Positions 9,232 to 18,440 of a DNA stretch of 64,000 nt are shown one piece after another. The notes below the pieces were generated by a model. That model was not told where the DNA came from, did no database searches, and worked only from the letters and a program-made list of their open reading frames with translations. The stretch comes from Candidatus Bathyarchaeota archaeon. Lineage in GTDB: Archaea > Thermoproteota > Bathyarchaeia > Bathyarchaeales > Bathycorpusculaceae. Made by a program: the position numbers and the translations under genes. The first letter of the stretch is position 1; every line of letters begins with the position of its first letter. The DNA is taken from NCBI GenBank assembly GCA_963770935.1, contig CAVYRJ010000011.1, positions 64,001 through 128,000 on the forward strand, read 5' to 3'.

Positions 9232-9447
9232 CTTTTCTTTTCGATTTCCAATACATTTAGAACCTTTAGAAAATCTATCCAACCAAGCCTACAGCTGAGC
9301 TACATTCGGCAACTTTCTCGAATAATATGTTGATGCTTGTTAGGATGTATGGGCTACCTTTATTTGCGAAGTATAGTGTTTGACGATGAGATTTTAAAAA
9401 ATTAAAAATAATAGTTATGATAATAATTATGTTGCTGAGGTTTTAGA

Positions 9448-10407
9448 ATGAACGAATATGTTAAGGGACCTGCACCTGACCGATGGCAATGGACTAAGAA
9501 CTACATGCAATATCCTAGATGGCATTGGAATAAAAACTGTACACAGTATCCGCATGAAGTCATCCAAAGGACTTCAACAAGGCCTAATTCTGACCTCTGC
9601 GATGAATGCCTTGAAATAGAGAAACGAGAGCAGATCATACGCGAACTATCACGTTACAAAGAAGTAAAGGAGATAATGAGCCAAGAAATCGCCACGATTA
9701 TCCCTGATGCGTCAATAGCTGAGGCTGCTGGAATCATGGGCAAAAAACACATCGGAAGTCTGATTGTAATGAAATATGACTTACCTGTGGGCATAGTCAC
9801 CGAGAGAGACGTGTTTAGCAAAGTTTTTGCTATGGGAAAAGACTTTGGAGATGTAAAAGTTGAGGCAATGATGTCTTATCCGCTAATTGCCACTGAACCA
9901 GCAGTCAAAATAAAGGAAGCCGCTCGAATGATGATCAAAAAGAAGGGTAAACTAACGGTGTTTGACGGCAGAAAACTCGTTGGAATAATAACTGCGTCAG
10001 ATCTCATCAAGAGTCTACCCGATATTCCAGAAACAGAAATCAAGGTTGATGACTTCATGACCAAACGAGTTGAGACCGCCGATGAGAAAACCCCTGTGGC
10101 AAGCGTAGTCAAGTTGATGGGTGAGAAGCGTATCGGCAGCGTCATAGTCACAAGAAAAGGCGAACCGTTTGGGATTTTCACAGAGCGAGACTTCCTAAGC
10201 AACTTCTTGATCGAGGACAAACCGATAATGGGTAAAGTGGGAAAAGAAGCCTCATTGCCGCTAATCACCGCGCCTATTGGAACAAGTGTTCATGAAGCCG
10301 CAGTAATAATGACAATTAACCACATTAGAAGGCTGCCAATTACCAGCGATGGGAAAATGGTGGGAATAATCACAGCACGCGACCTCGTTGAAGCATACGC
10401 AAAATAG
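9448..10407 (+). CDS. Four-CBS-domain protein with an N-terminal Trp/Cys-rich extension
   Basis: Four CBS motifs (GIVTERD, GIITASD, GIFTERD, GIITARD). Confidence 0.9.
   Translation: MNEYVKGPAPDRWQWTKNYMQYPRWHWNKNCTQYPHEVIQRTSTRPNSDLCDECLEIEKREQIIRELSRYKEVKEIMSQEIATIIPDASIAEAAGIMGKKHIGSLIVMKYDLPVGIVTERDVFSKVFAMGKDFGDVKVEAMMSYPLIATEPAVKIKEAARMMIKKKGKLTVFDGRKLVGIITASDLIKSLPDIPETEIKVDDFMTKRVETADEKTPVASVVKLMGEKRIGSVIVTRKGEPFGIFTERDFLSNFLIEDKPIMGKVGKEASLPLITAPIGTSVHEAAVIMTINHIRRLPITSDGKMVGIITARDLVEAYAK
9481..9552 (+). repeat. Imperfect 36-bp tandem duplication in the CBS gene 5' region
   Basis: cgatggcaatggactaagaactacatgcaatatcct / agatggcattggaataaaaactgtacacagtatccg, encoding RWQWTKNYMQYP / RWHWNKNCTQYP. 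Confidence 0.75.
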
Positions 10408-10522
10408 AATCACCATTTTTCCATTATTCAGCATTCTATTTGCTGCGAGGATCCTTTTACATGAGAGGAATAGTCCTTATTGATTACTTTTCAAGCCCTG
10501 GTCATGTTGAAAACAATTGGTT

Positions 10523-10700
10523 TTAGATGACGTATGTTTCTTGTATAGTAACTAAGCCATTGTCGCCTACAATTAACTTCAGCTCGGGCAATAGTGGTTC
10601 AAGCTTTTCTTGAGTGTCAACCACTTCGATAATTAATGGCATATTTACTTGCATCCCCTCGAAGTGCAATGTTGATTTTCCGCGTTTGCCACAGCTATCA
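10523..10700 (-). pseudogene. DUF190 (PII-like) protein, C-terminal half only
   Basis: DSCGKRGKSTLHFEGMQVNMPLIIEVVDTQEKLEPLLPELKLIVGDNGLVTIQETYVI*; no N-terminal half; abuts the truncated crcB. Confidence 0.7.
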
Positions 10701-10935
10701 TTGTGGTAAACGAGCCGCAGAACCCAACAGCCACAAGCAAAGTGTATAGTGGTTGCAAGTTTAATCCAATTGATAAGATAGAAAACGAACCCAAAATGAA
10801 ACTGCCTAAAACATTCACGACTAACACGTTAATGGGAAGGCCATAAATTGCCACTGGAGATTCAACAAGCTTGTAACGTAGAAAAGCACCCATAATAGCG
10901 CCGACTGCCAAGAGGACAAACTCAATCCACTTCAT
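10698..10935 (-). pseudogene. crcB: Fluoride channel CrcB/Fluc, truncated after GFCGSFTTM
   Basis: GAIMGAFLRY, NVLGSFILG and GFCGSFTT signatures. The last TM helix is missing; the frame runs into DUF190 sequence and stops at 10645. Confidence 0.85.
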
Positions 10936-10958
10936 TTCTGCTTACCTTCCGCTCTTCG

Positions 10959-11020
10959 GTAGGCATTATCAGCATCCACTCGGCTCCGGTTCTGGCTCTG
11001 CCACGGCTAATGCCATAGCC
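10959..11020 (-). ncRNA. Fluoride (crcB) riboswitch aptamer
   Basis: Minus strand GGCUAUGGCAUUAGCC...AACCG...GCUGAUAAUGCCUAC. P1 is GGCUA/UAGCC and the pseudoknot is GGCAUU/AAUGCC. It ends 23 nt before the crcB ATG. Confidence 0.88.
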
Positions 11021-11143
11021 AAGCTTCTTTGCAATTTTAAGATATTAAAACTTTATTGGATAAAACCTAAATTGTGTCTTCTGATAGGCGTTCATTTTTG
11101 TTGATAGAGCTAATGCTATATATTACAAGATTTAATATTCCAA

Positions 11144-12082
11144 GTGGATAGTAAAATGGTTGCTCAAGACTCTGACATCGCAGTGGTTGGACACTTATCC
11201 ATCGACACCATCAATTTACCCAGCAGGACCAGTCCATTTGTGGTTTTAGGCGGCGCCGCAGCCTACACATCATTTGCCGCAATACGGCTAGACTCCACCG
11301 CTTCGGTCATCTCTAAAGTAGGTGGGCACTTTCCAGAAGCCTACTTATGGTGGATGGGGCAAGAAGGCATAGATCTCTCAGGCGTCAGAAAACTTGCCGG
11401 TGAACCCACAACTTGTTTTGAGCTTACCTACAGCAAAGACCTCTCTGAACGCACTTTGAAGCTTAAAAGCAAAGGACCCACGTTAAGCCCAGATGATGTT
11501 CCAAAAGATTTTCGTGCAAAAGCAATCCATATTGCGCCTATTGCAGACGAAATCCCCTACGAGATGGTTGAGCGCCTCAGAGGTTGCGGAGATGTTTTAT
11601 CTCTTGACCCTCAAGGTTTACTTCGAAGCTTCGACGAAGCAGGTAAAGTAATTGAAAACTTTTCCGTAGACACCCGAATCTTCAGCTTAATCAATATCTA
11701 CAAATCATCTCAAAACGAAATCTACGCGTTAACTGGCGAGCCAGAACTTAAGCCTGCAATAAAGGCAATTCACGACGTAGGAGTTGAAACCGTCATAGTA
11801 ACCTTGGGTGCAAAAGGCTCGGTGCTCTCAGTTGAAGGCGCTCAATACAATATTGAGGCTTGCCCTTCACAAATTCTAGTTGACCCAACAGGAGCAGGAG
11901 ACGTATTCATCGGCAGCTTCCTAGCTGAATATCTTCGCCAAAAAGAGTCCCTGTGGTGCGCAAGTGTTGGTTCCGCCGCCTCTTCCTGTGTTGTTGAGGG
12001 TCTTGGTCCAACTTATTTTGGCAATAAAGAAGAGATTTATCGAAGAGCCAATTCTTTGTATGAAAAGAAACTTAAGCAATAG
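11144..12082 (+). CDS. PfkB family carbohydrate/nucleoside kinase
   Basis: LGGAAAY, SLDPQG, VTLGAKGS and DPTGAGDVF motifs. Confidence 0.92.
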   Translation: MDSKMVAQDSDIAVVGHLSIDTINLPSRTSPFVVLGGAAAYTSFAAIRLDSTASVISKVGGHFPEAYLWWMGQEGIDLSGVRKLAGEPTTCFELTYSKDLSERTLKLKSKGPTLSPDDVPKDFRAKAIHIAPIADEIPYEMVERLRGCGDVLSLDPQGLLRSFDEAGKVIENFSVDTRIFSLINIYKSSQNEIYALTGEPELKPAIKAIHDVGVETVIVTLGAKGSVLSVEGAQYNIEACPSQILVDPTGAGDVFIGSFLAEYLRQKESLWCASVGSAASSCVVEGLGPTYFGNKEEIYRRANSLYEKKLKQ

Positions 12083-12127
12083 AGGTATATGTACAGAGTA
12101 AATTAACGTGTATTGAGGCATGATTGT

Positions 12128-12331
12128 TTGGGTCGTATCGAAAAAGGCGAAAAATGCACCATTTCAGGCTGCAGCAGAGAAGCAGCAAGGTCACTATCAG
12201 CTGACAAAGTCAAAGCTGCAGGACTCAGCGTCGGCAGCGATAAACGAGCCTACATCTGCAAAGAACACTACAAAGAATACAAAAAGAAAACCAAGAAAGA
12301 CAAGACCCTAGACAAGTGGCGTTACGGTTAA
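12128..12331 (+). CDS. Small conserved zinc-binding protein upstream of thrS
   Basis: MGRIEKGEKCTISGC...YICKEHYKEYKK; C-x4-C...C-x2-H; basic. Confidence 0.75.
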   Translation: MGRIEKGEKCTISGCSREAARSLSADKVKAAGLSVGSDKRAYICKEHYKEYKKKTKKDKTLDKWRYG

Positions 12332-12343
12332 AGAGGCATCTAT

Positions 12344-14248
12344 ATGCGAATTTTGCAGTTACACTCTAACTTTATAGTTTTCAAACCCGTAGAAAAAGAA
12401 ATAAACATCGCTGAAGAAGCTGAGAAAGTAGAGAGCCGCGTCGAAGAAGTCGTCGTGTTATTCACTGCTGTTGAAGAAGGCGACAACTCCGTTATGGCGC
12501 AGAAAGCCATAAACGACGTTCGGGCTTTTCTGGGCAAACTCAAAGTAAACCGCATACTCATTTACCCATTTGCTCACCTAAGCAGCAACCTCTCCCAGCC
12601 TTCAGCCGCACTAAAAATTATAAAGGACATGGAAGCCTACGCAAAAGAGAAAGGCATTGAGACTTATCGTGCTCCGTTTGGCTGGAACAAACAATTCACC
12701 ATATCCATCAAGGGGCATCCGCTGGCTGAGCAGGCACGAAGCTATGCCCCAGCACCAGCCGCAGCTACCGCAGAAGCAACAGCTCCATGTGAAGCCAAAA
12801 AAGAAGAAGAACCAGTCTCCGCTGCGCTGAAAGCAGAAGACACCATGAAATCTTACTGGCACATTCTCCAAACCGACGGCTCACTTGTGCCAATTGAAGA
12901 ATTCAAATTCAAAGGACACATCAATCTCCAAAAGTTCTCCCAATACGAAATCAAAAAAACCCGAGCAGTCACCGTGATGCCGCCCCACGTGCCATTAATG
13001 AAACGACTAGAAATCGCCGATTATGAACCAGGCAGCGACCCCGGCAACATCCGCTGGTACCCCAAAGGGCGCATGATAAAATCGCTCCTTGAGCAATACG
13101 TCTCAGCCAGAGTGGCGAGTTACGGCGGTATGGAAGTCGAGACCCCCCTCATGTATGACTTCAACCACCCAAGCCTCAAAAGCTACCTCAACCGATTCCC
13201 AGCACGCCAATACATCCTCAAATCCGAAGACAAAGAACTCTTCCTACGCTTCGCAGCATGCTTTGGACAGTTTTTGATGGCTCATGACGCCCAATTCAGC
13301 TACAAACAAATGCCCATAAAACTCTATGAACTCACCCGCTACAGTTTCCGCCGCGAAAAAAGCGGGGAGGTCGTTGGCTTAAAACGCCTCAGAGCATTCA
13401 CGATGCCCGATTGTCATGCCCTCTGCACTAACCTTGAACAAGCCAAAAAAGAGTTCATGGTCCGATTTGACCTATGTATTGATGTCTTAAGCGACATTGG
13501 ATTAGTGAAAGATGATTACGAAATTGCCATGCGCTTCACCAAAGATTTCTACGCTGAGCATAAAGACTTCATAACAGAGCTGGCGCAGAAATTCGGCAAA
13601 CCCATTTTAGCTGAAGTATGGAACGAACGGTTCTTCTACTTCGCCCTCAAATGGGACCTCAACTTCATCGACAACCAAGACAAAGCTGCCGCACTCAGCA
13701 CCGACCAAATAGACGTCGAAAACGCCAAACGATACGAAATAACCTTCGTTGACGAGAAAGGCGAGAAGCAGTACCCGCTAATTCTGCACTGCAGTCCAAG
13801 CGGCGCCATAGAACGAGACATCTACGCCCTACTAGAAAAAGCATACCGTGAACAGATGACGGGCAAAGCGCCGATGCTCCCACTGTGGCTGTCACCAACT
13901 CAAGTTCGGCTTATCCCAATCTCCGACAAATTCCTCGACAAGATGGAGGAACTTGCTAAACAAATCAGTTCCCACTGCATCCGCGTAGACATCGATGACT
14001 CTGCCTCAACATTGCAAAAGAAAATCCGCGAAGCTGAACAAGAATGGATACCCTACATCATCGTTGTTGGCGAAAAAGAAATTGAGTCAGGCAAGCTTTC
14101 GGTTAGAGTTCGAGAGCTTAAGGGCCAACAGCAAAACATGACCACTGAAGAGTTGATAGCCAAGGTAACAGAGAAAATCGCTGGCAAACCCTACAAACCC
14201 CTACCGCTGCCACTGCTCCTATCTAAGCGTCCACAATTTCACGGTTGA
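12344..14248 (+). CDS. thrS: Threonine--tRNA ligase, archaeal type
   Basis: N-terminal editing domain (YPFAHLS, RAPFGW, KGHPLAE), LRFAACFG, FRREKSGE, ILHCSPSGAIER and an anticodon-binding domain. Confidence 0.97.
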   Translation: MRILQLHSNFIVFKPVEKEINIAEEAEKVESRVEEVVVLFTAVEEGDNSVMAQKAINDVRAFLGKLKVNRILIYPFAHLSSNLSQPSAALKIIKDMEAYAKEKGIETYRAPFGWNKQFTISIKGHPLAEQARSYAPAPAAATAEATAPCEAKKEEEPVSAALKAEDTMKSYWHILQTDGSLVPIEEFKFKGHINLQKFSQYEIKKTRAVTVMPPHVPLMKRLEIADYEPGSDPGNIRWYPKGRMIKSLLEQYVSARVASYGGMEVETPLMYDFNHPSLKSYLNRFPARQYILKSEDKELFLRFAACFGQFLMAHDAQFSYKQMPIKLYELTRYSFRREKSGEVVGLKRLRAFTMPDCHALCTNLEQAKKEFMVRFDLCIDVLSDIGLVKDDYEIAMRFTKDFYAEHKDFITELAQKFGKPILAEVWNERFFYFALKWDLNFIDNQDKAAALSTDQIDVENAKRYEITFVDEKGEKQYPLILHCSPSGAIERDIYALLEKAYREQMTGKAPMLPLWLSPTQVRLIPISDKFLDKMEELAKQISSHCIRVDIDDSASTLQKKIREAEQEWIPYIIVVGEKEIESGKLSVRVRELKGQQQNMTTEELIAKVTEKIAGKPYKPLPLPLLLSKRPQFHG

Positions 14249-14331
14249 TAAATGAATTATACGTATCATTGACGCAAAATATATCAAACAATCGAACAAT
14301 AGAAAATAGCTGTACGTGAAGTGAAAGACAA

Positions 14332-15216
14332 ATGACCAGTGAATTACAAATCTACATAGACGGCGAATTCTACCCTAAATCACAGGCAAAAATCTCCGTC
14401 TACGACCACGGTTTCCTCTACGGCGACGGCGTTTTTGAAGGCATCCGCGAATACAACGGCTGTGTCTTCAAGCTCAAAGAGCACATAGACCGCCTCTACC
14501 GCAGTGCACACGCCATAATGCTCCAAATACCCCTAACCAAAGAAGATATGGTAAAAGCCGTAGTTGAAACCCTACGCAAGAACAAAATGAAAGACAGCTA
14601 CATCCGCTTAATCGTTAGCAGAGGAGTCGGCGATCTCGGTTTAGATCCGCGTAAATGCCCAAAACCAACAATCATAATTATAACCGACACGATCAACATC
14701 AAAGCAGGTAACGCCAAAGAAACAGGCATAACAACTATGTTCAGCTGGGTCCGTAGAAACCCAGTCGACGCAACAACACACGAGATAAAATCCCTCAATT
14801 ACCTAAACAGTGTTCTAGCAAAAATCGAAGCCAACGCTTGTGGCGTGGACGAAGCCATTTGTCTAGAGAGCAACGGTTACATTGCGGAAGGCGTAGGCGA
14901 AAACGTTTTCATAGTTAAAAACGGCGAAATTTTTACACCGCCTACTTCAACGGGCGCCCTTGCAGGCATCACCGCAGACGTCGTTGCTGAACTATGTGCA
15001 AAACTCGGCATAGACCTCATCATAACTAACCTGACACCGTTTATGCTCTTTACTGCCGACGAAGCCTTCTTCACAGGAACCGCCATGGAAATGGTACCAA
15101 TTCGCGAAGTCAACAAACGGCAAATCGGCAACGGCAAACCTGGATCAATCACAAAACAATTGATGGCTGAATTCCACAAAGTAATTGAAGACCCAGCCAA
15201 CGGCACAAAAGTCTAA
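14332..15216 (+). CDS. ilvE: Branched-chain amino acid aminotransferase
   Basis: DHGFLYGDGVFEGIR, KSLNYLNS, EGVGEN, LAGIT. Confidence 0.95.
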   Translation: MTSELQIYIDGEFYPKSQAKISVYDHGFLYGDGVFEGIREYNGCVFKLKEHIDRLYRSAHAIMLQIPLTKEDMVKAVVETLRKNKMKDSYIRLIVSRGVGDLGLDPRKCPKPTIIIITDTINIKAGNAKETGITTMFSWVRRNPVDATTHEIKSLNYLNSVLAKIEANACGVDEAICLESNGYIAEGVGENVFIVKNGEIFTPPTSTGALAGITADVVAELCAKLGIDLIITNLTPFMLFTADEAFFTGTAMEMVPIREVNKRQIGNGKPGSITKQLMAEFHKVIEDPANGTKV

Positions 15217-15220
15217 TTTT

Positions 15221-16459
15221 TTAACCGTGGCCAACGTGGCCTCGGCTTGTTTTCTTTTGTTTCTTTTTCATAAATTGTTCTAGACAATTGAAGGCTTCTT
15301 CGAGCTCTTCGCAGGGCGGGAGGAAGACAATTCTTGCGTGATCTTTACCGTACACAGGGTCAAAACCTGAGCCATTAACGATCAAGACACCTGTTTCTCT
15401 GAGTACCTCCACCACAAACTCCATGTCGGTTTTCCATCTTTTGCCAACATCGTGGATTTTTGGGAAAATGTAAAAGGCGCCATCTGGCTTGGTTGCGCTG
15501 ATGCCTTCGATTTCATTTAGGCGTTTCCACGCGTAGTCGCGTCTTTCGCGCAGTCGATCAACGATGCCCTTCACAAAGTCCTGAGGACCATTAAGCGCGG
15601 CTGCCCCAGCGATTTGCACAGGTGTGTTCGCGCACAAACGAATGCGGCATTGTTTCTCTACGCCCAGTTTGAGGTCGTCGAGCACTTTGCCTTCACCTTT
15701 AAAGTACATGTAGCCCAAACGCCAACCAGTCATCTGATAAACTTTGGAGAATCCGTTCAACCCAACAACTGGCACGTCATTGGATAAGTGTGCGGCGCTA
15801 ACGAATGTTTTCTCATAGGTTAATTGGTCATAGATCTCATCTGAGAGCACTGGCAGATTGTGTTCTCCCGCGATGTCAAGCATCTCCTTGATCAACTTTC
15901 CACTATAAACCGAACCTGTGGGATTGTTAGGGTTGGTGATTACAATCGCGCGGGTCTTAGGCGAGATTTTGCTCCGTAAATCATCTATGTTTGGTACCCA
16001 ACCTTCTTTTTCGATAGTTTCGTAGGCCACTGGGGTGCCATCGAAGAATTTTGTGTAGGAAATGTAGGGTGGATAGGTTGGACCGGGGAATAGGATTTCG
16101 TCGCCTTTTTCAACTAGAGCCGCCAGGATCATCTGGATGCCTTCTGAGATGCCCTCGGTGATCAGAACGTTGTTGGCGGTTATGTCTACGTCGTTGACTC
16201 TTTTTTCTTTGCGCACAATCGCTTCCCGCAGTTCAGGTCGCCCTTCGGATGGGGAATAATAGTTATCGTCACAGTCGATTGCCTTGCACAGGGCGTCTTT
16301 AACGTACTGGGGCGTTTTGAAGTCAAAGGCAGCAGGATCGCCGATGTTTAGGTAATAGATTTTTTTGCCGTTTTTGATAAGTTCCTGAGTGTGAACAATG
16401 ACGTCTCGTATGGCATACTCTATATTGCTTGCCCTTTTCGTGACTTTAATGTGCGCCAA
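15221..16459 (-). CDS. Class I PLP aminotransferase, alanine aminotransferase-like
   Basis: IEYAIRD, LNIGDP, NPNNPTG, SDEIYD, GFSKVYQMTGWRLGY. Confidence 0.9.
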   Translation of the reverse strand: MAHIKVTKRASNIEYAIRDVIVHTQELIKNGKKIYYLNIGDPAAFDFKTPQYVKDALCKAIDCDDNYYSPSEGRPELREAIVRKEKRVNDVDITANNVLITEGISEGIQMILAALVEKGDEILFPGPTYPPYISYTKFFDGTPVAYETIEKEGWVPNIDDLRSKISPKTRAIVITNPNNPTGSVYSGKLIKEMLDIAGEHNLPVLSDEIYDQLTYEKTFVSAAHLSNDVPVVGLNGFSKVYQMTGWRLGYMYFKGEGKVLDDLKLGVEKQCRIRLCANTPVQIAGAAALNGPQDFVKGIVDRLRERRDYAWKRLNEIEGISATKPDGAFYIFPKIHDVGKRWKTDMEFVVEVLRETGVLIVNGSGFDPVYGKDHARIVFLPPCEELEEAFNCLEQFMKKKQKKTSRGHVGHG

Positions 16460-16608
16460 TGCAGCTTACCTGTAACCACAACACTTGATAGCCCAAAAAA
16501 TAAATCTTCCTAACAACCCTCGCAGTTAAGCTGTTGCAGAACGCTCTTGGGGGTTCTCAGCACATTTTTATTTCCGTTTCCTCTTAATTTAAAGATTGGT
16601 TTTAGTTA

Positions 16609-18432
16609 ATGACATTGAAAGGATGGACAGGTTTTTTCTTAAAAGTGGATCTAACTAAAAGCACAGCTACTGCAGAAGCATATGATGAGAACTTAGCGTT
16701 GAATTTTTTGGGTGGCAGAGGCTTTGCAATAAAAATTCTCTGGGACACCCTCAAACAGGGAACCGATCCCCTCTCGCCAGAGAACAAACTCATCTTTGCC
16801 ACCGGACCCTTAACGGGCATTGGTTTGCCTAACAGCGGCAAACTCGTTATTGCCTCAAAAAGCCCCTTAACCGGCGGCTACGGCGACGGAAACTCGGGGT
16901 CATGGGCAGCAGTAAACATACGCAAAGCCGGCTATGACGCACTCGTCATCGAGGGCAAAGCATCCACACCCATCATCCTGCATGTCAAAGATAAAACGGT
17001 GGAGTTTCTGGATGCCAAGGATTTATGGGGCAAAAGCTCCTTTGAAGTCGAAGACCAACTGAGGAAAAAATACTCCAAACTGGCAGGCATAGTATCCATC
17101 GGTCCAGCAGGAGAGAACCTTGTACGGTTTGCCACGGTTGTTTCGCAGAATGGACGAGCTGGTGGACGACCCGGCATGGGCGCGGTCATGGGCTCCAAGA
17201 ACCTCAAAGCAGTCGTGATCGAAGGCACCCAGCCGATAACACTTGCAAACCCAGAGGATATGAAACGGCTGGCAGTAGAAGGTTACAAGGAGCTCTTAAC
17301 TAAACCTCTCTATTCATTTTGGAAACGGCAAGGCACTATGTCAACGGTTGAGTGGTGCCAAGAAAACAGTTGCCTTCCCACCTACAATTATAAACAAGGC
17401 GTTTTCGACAAAGCCGAGGGCATTGGCGGCTTTACGATGGAGAAGCTGAAGGTTTCCAACCGAGGCTGTCCTCAATGCAACATGACCTGCGGCAACGTCG
17501 TCAAAGACAGTGAAGGAAAAGATTCAGAACTGGATTACGAGAATGTCGTTATGCTTGGGTCTAACATTGGCTTGGGAGACCTTGCACAAGTGGCTACCTT
17601 AAACCGGTTGGCAGATGAATTCAGCTTCGATGGCATTTCTTTGGGAAGCGCCATTGGTTTTGCCATGGAAGCTTCCGAGAAAGGGCTAATCGCTGAGAAG
17701 ATTAGTTGGGGAGACTTTGAGGCGATTAAATCTTTAATCAGCGATATTGCCCACAGGCGTGGTTTGGGTGCTGTTTTAGCTGACGGTGTCCGATCTGCTG
17801 CTGTAACCATTGGCAAGGGCTCAAGTGATTGGGCGATGCATGTTAAAGGCTTAGAAGTCAGTGCCTACGATTGCCACATCGCTCCAGGCATGGCTTTAGC
17901 TTACGGCACAAGCTCTATTGGCGCCCACCACAAAGACGCATGGATCATCACTTGGGAAATAAAAGCCGGTCGAGAAAACTATAACGAGGCAAAAGTCGAA
18001 CACCTAATCAAAACCCAACTCCTTCGTGGCGGAGCGTTTGAAGCTTTAACCGTTTGCCGCTTCCCACATGGCTCGCTAGGTTTTGAGCTTGAATGGTACC
18101 ACAAATACCTTAGCGCTTCAACCGGACAGGACTTTTCTATGGACAAGTTAAACCTGATTAGTGACCGAATCCTCACTTTGATCCGTGCTTTCTGGGTACG
18201 CGAATACGGAAGCAACTGGAGTCGAAGTTTGGATGTTCCGCCGATGAGGTGGTTCAACGAACCATTAACAGACGGTCCATTGAAAGGCTCAGTGCTTAAC
18301 TTAGAAAAATACAGCGATATGCTGGACATTTATTATCAGAAGCGCGGCTGGAGCCAAAACGGTGTTCCAACAAAGGAAACCCTGGAAAGGTTAGGGTTGG
18401 CTGACGTGGCAAGTCAGCTTACGTTTAGTTGA
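16609..18432 (+). CDS. Tungsten aldehyde:ferredoxin oxidoreductase, FOR-like
   Basis: KSPLTGG, GAVMGSKNLKA, CPQCNMTC, ELDYE. ALAYGTSSIGAHHKDAW resembles formaldehyde:ferredoxin oxidoreductase. Confidence 0.92.
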   Translation: MTLKGWTGFFLKVDLTKSTATAEAYDENLALNFLGGRGFAIKILWDTLKQGTDPLSPENKLIFATGPLTGIGLPNSGKLVIASKSPLTGGYGDGNSGSWAAVNIRKAGYDALVIEGKASTPIILHVKDKTVEFLDAKDLWGKSSFEVEDQLRKKYSKLAGIVSIGPAGENLVRFATVVSQNGRAGGRPGMGAVMGSKNLKAVVIEGTQPITLANPEDMKRLAVEGYKELLTKPLYSFWKRQGTMSTVEWCQENSCLPTYNYKQGVFDKAEGIGGFTMEKLKVSNRGCPQCNMTCGNVVKDSEGKDSELDYENVVMLGSNIGLGDLAQVATLNRLADEFSFDGISLGSAIGFAMEASEKGLIAEKISWGDFEAIKSLISDIAHRRGLGAVLADGVRSAAVTIGKGSSDWAMHVKGLEVSAYDCHIAPGMALAYGTSSIGAHHKDAWIITWEIKAGRENYNEAKVEHLIKTQLLRGGAFEALTVCRFPHGSLGFELEWYHKYLSASTGQDFSMDKLNLISDRILTLIRAFWVREYGSNWSRSLDVPPMRWFNEPLTDGPLKGSVLNLEKYSDMLDIYYQKRGWSQNGVPTKETLERLGLADVASQLTFS

Positions 18433-18440
18433 AGAGCGGT

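Noticed and set aside
12741-12815. Ala/Pro-rich stretch in thrS as an insertion element or intein
   Set aside because: It is a short low-complexity linker between the editing and catalytic domains, with no intein motifs.
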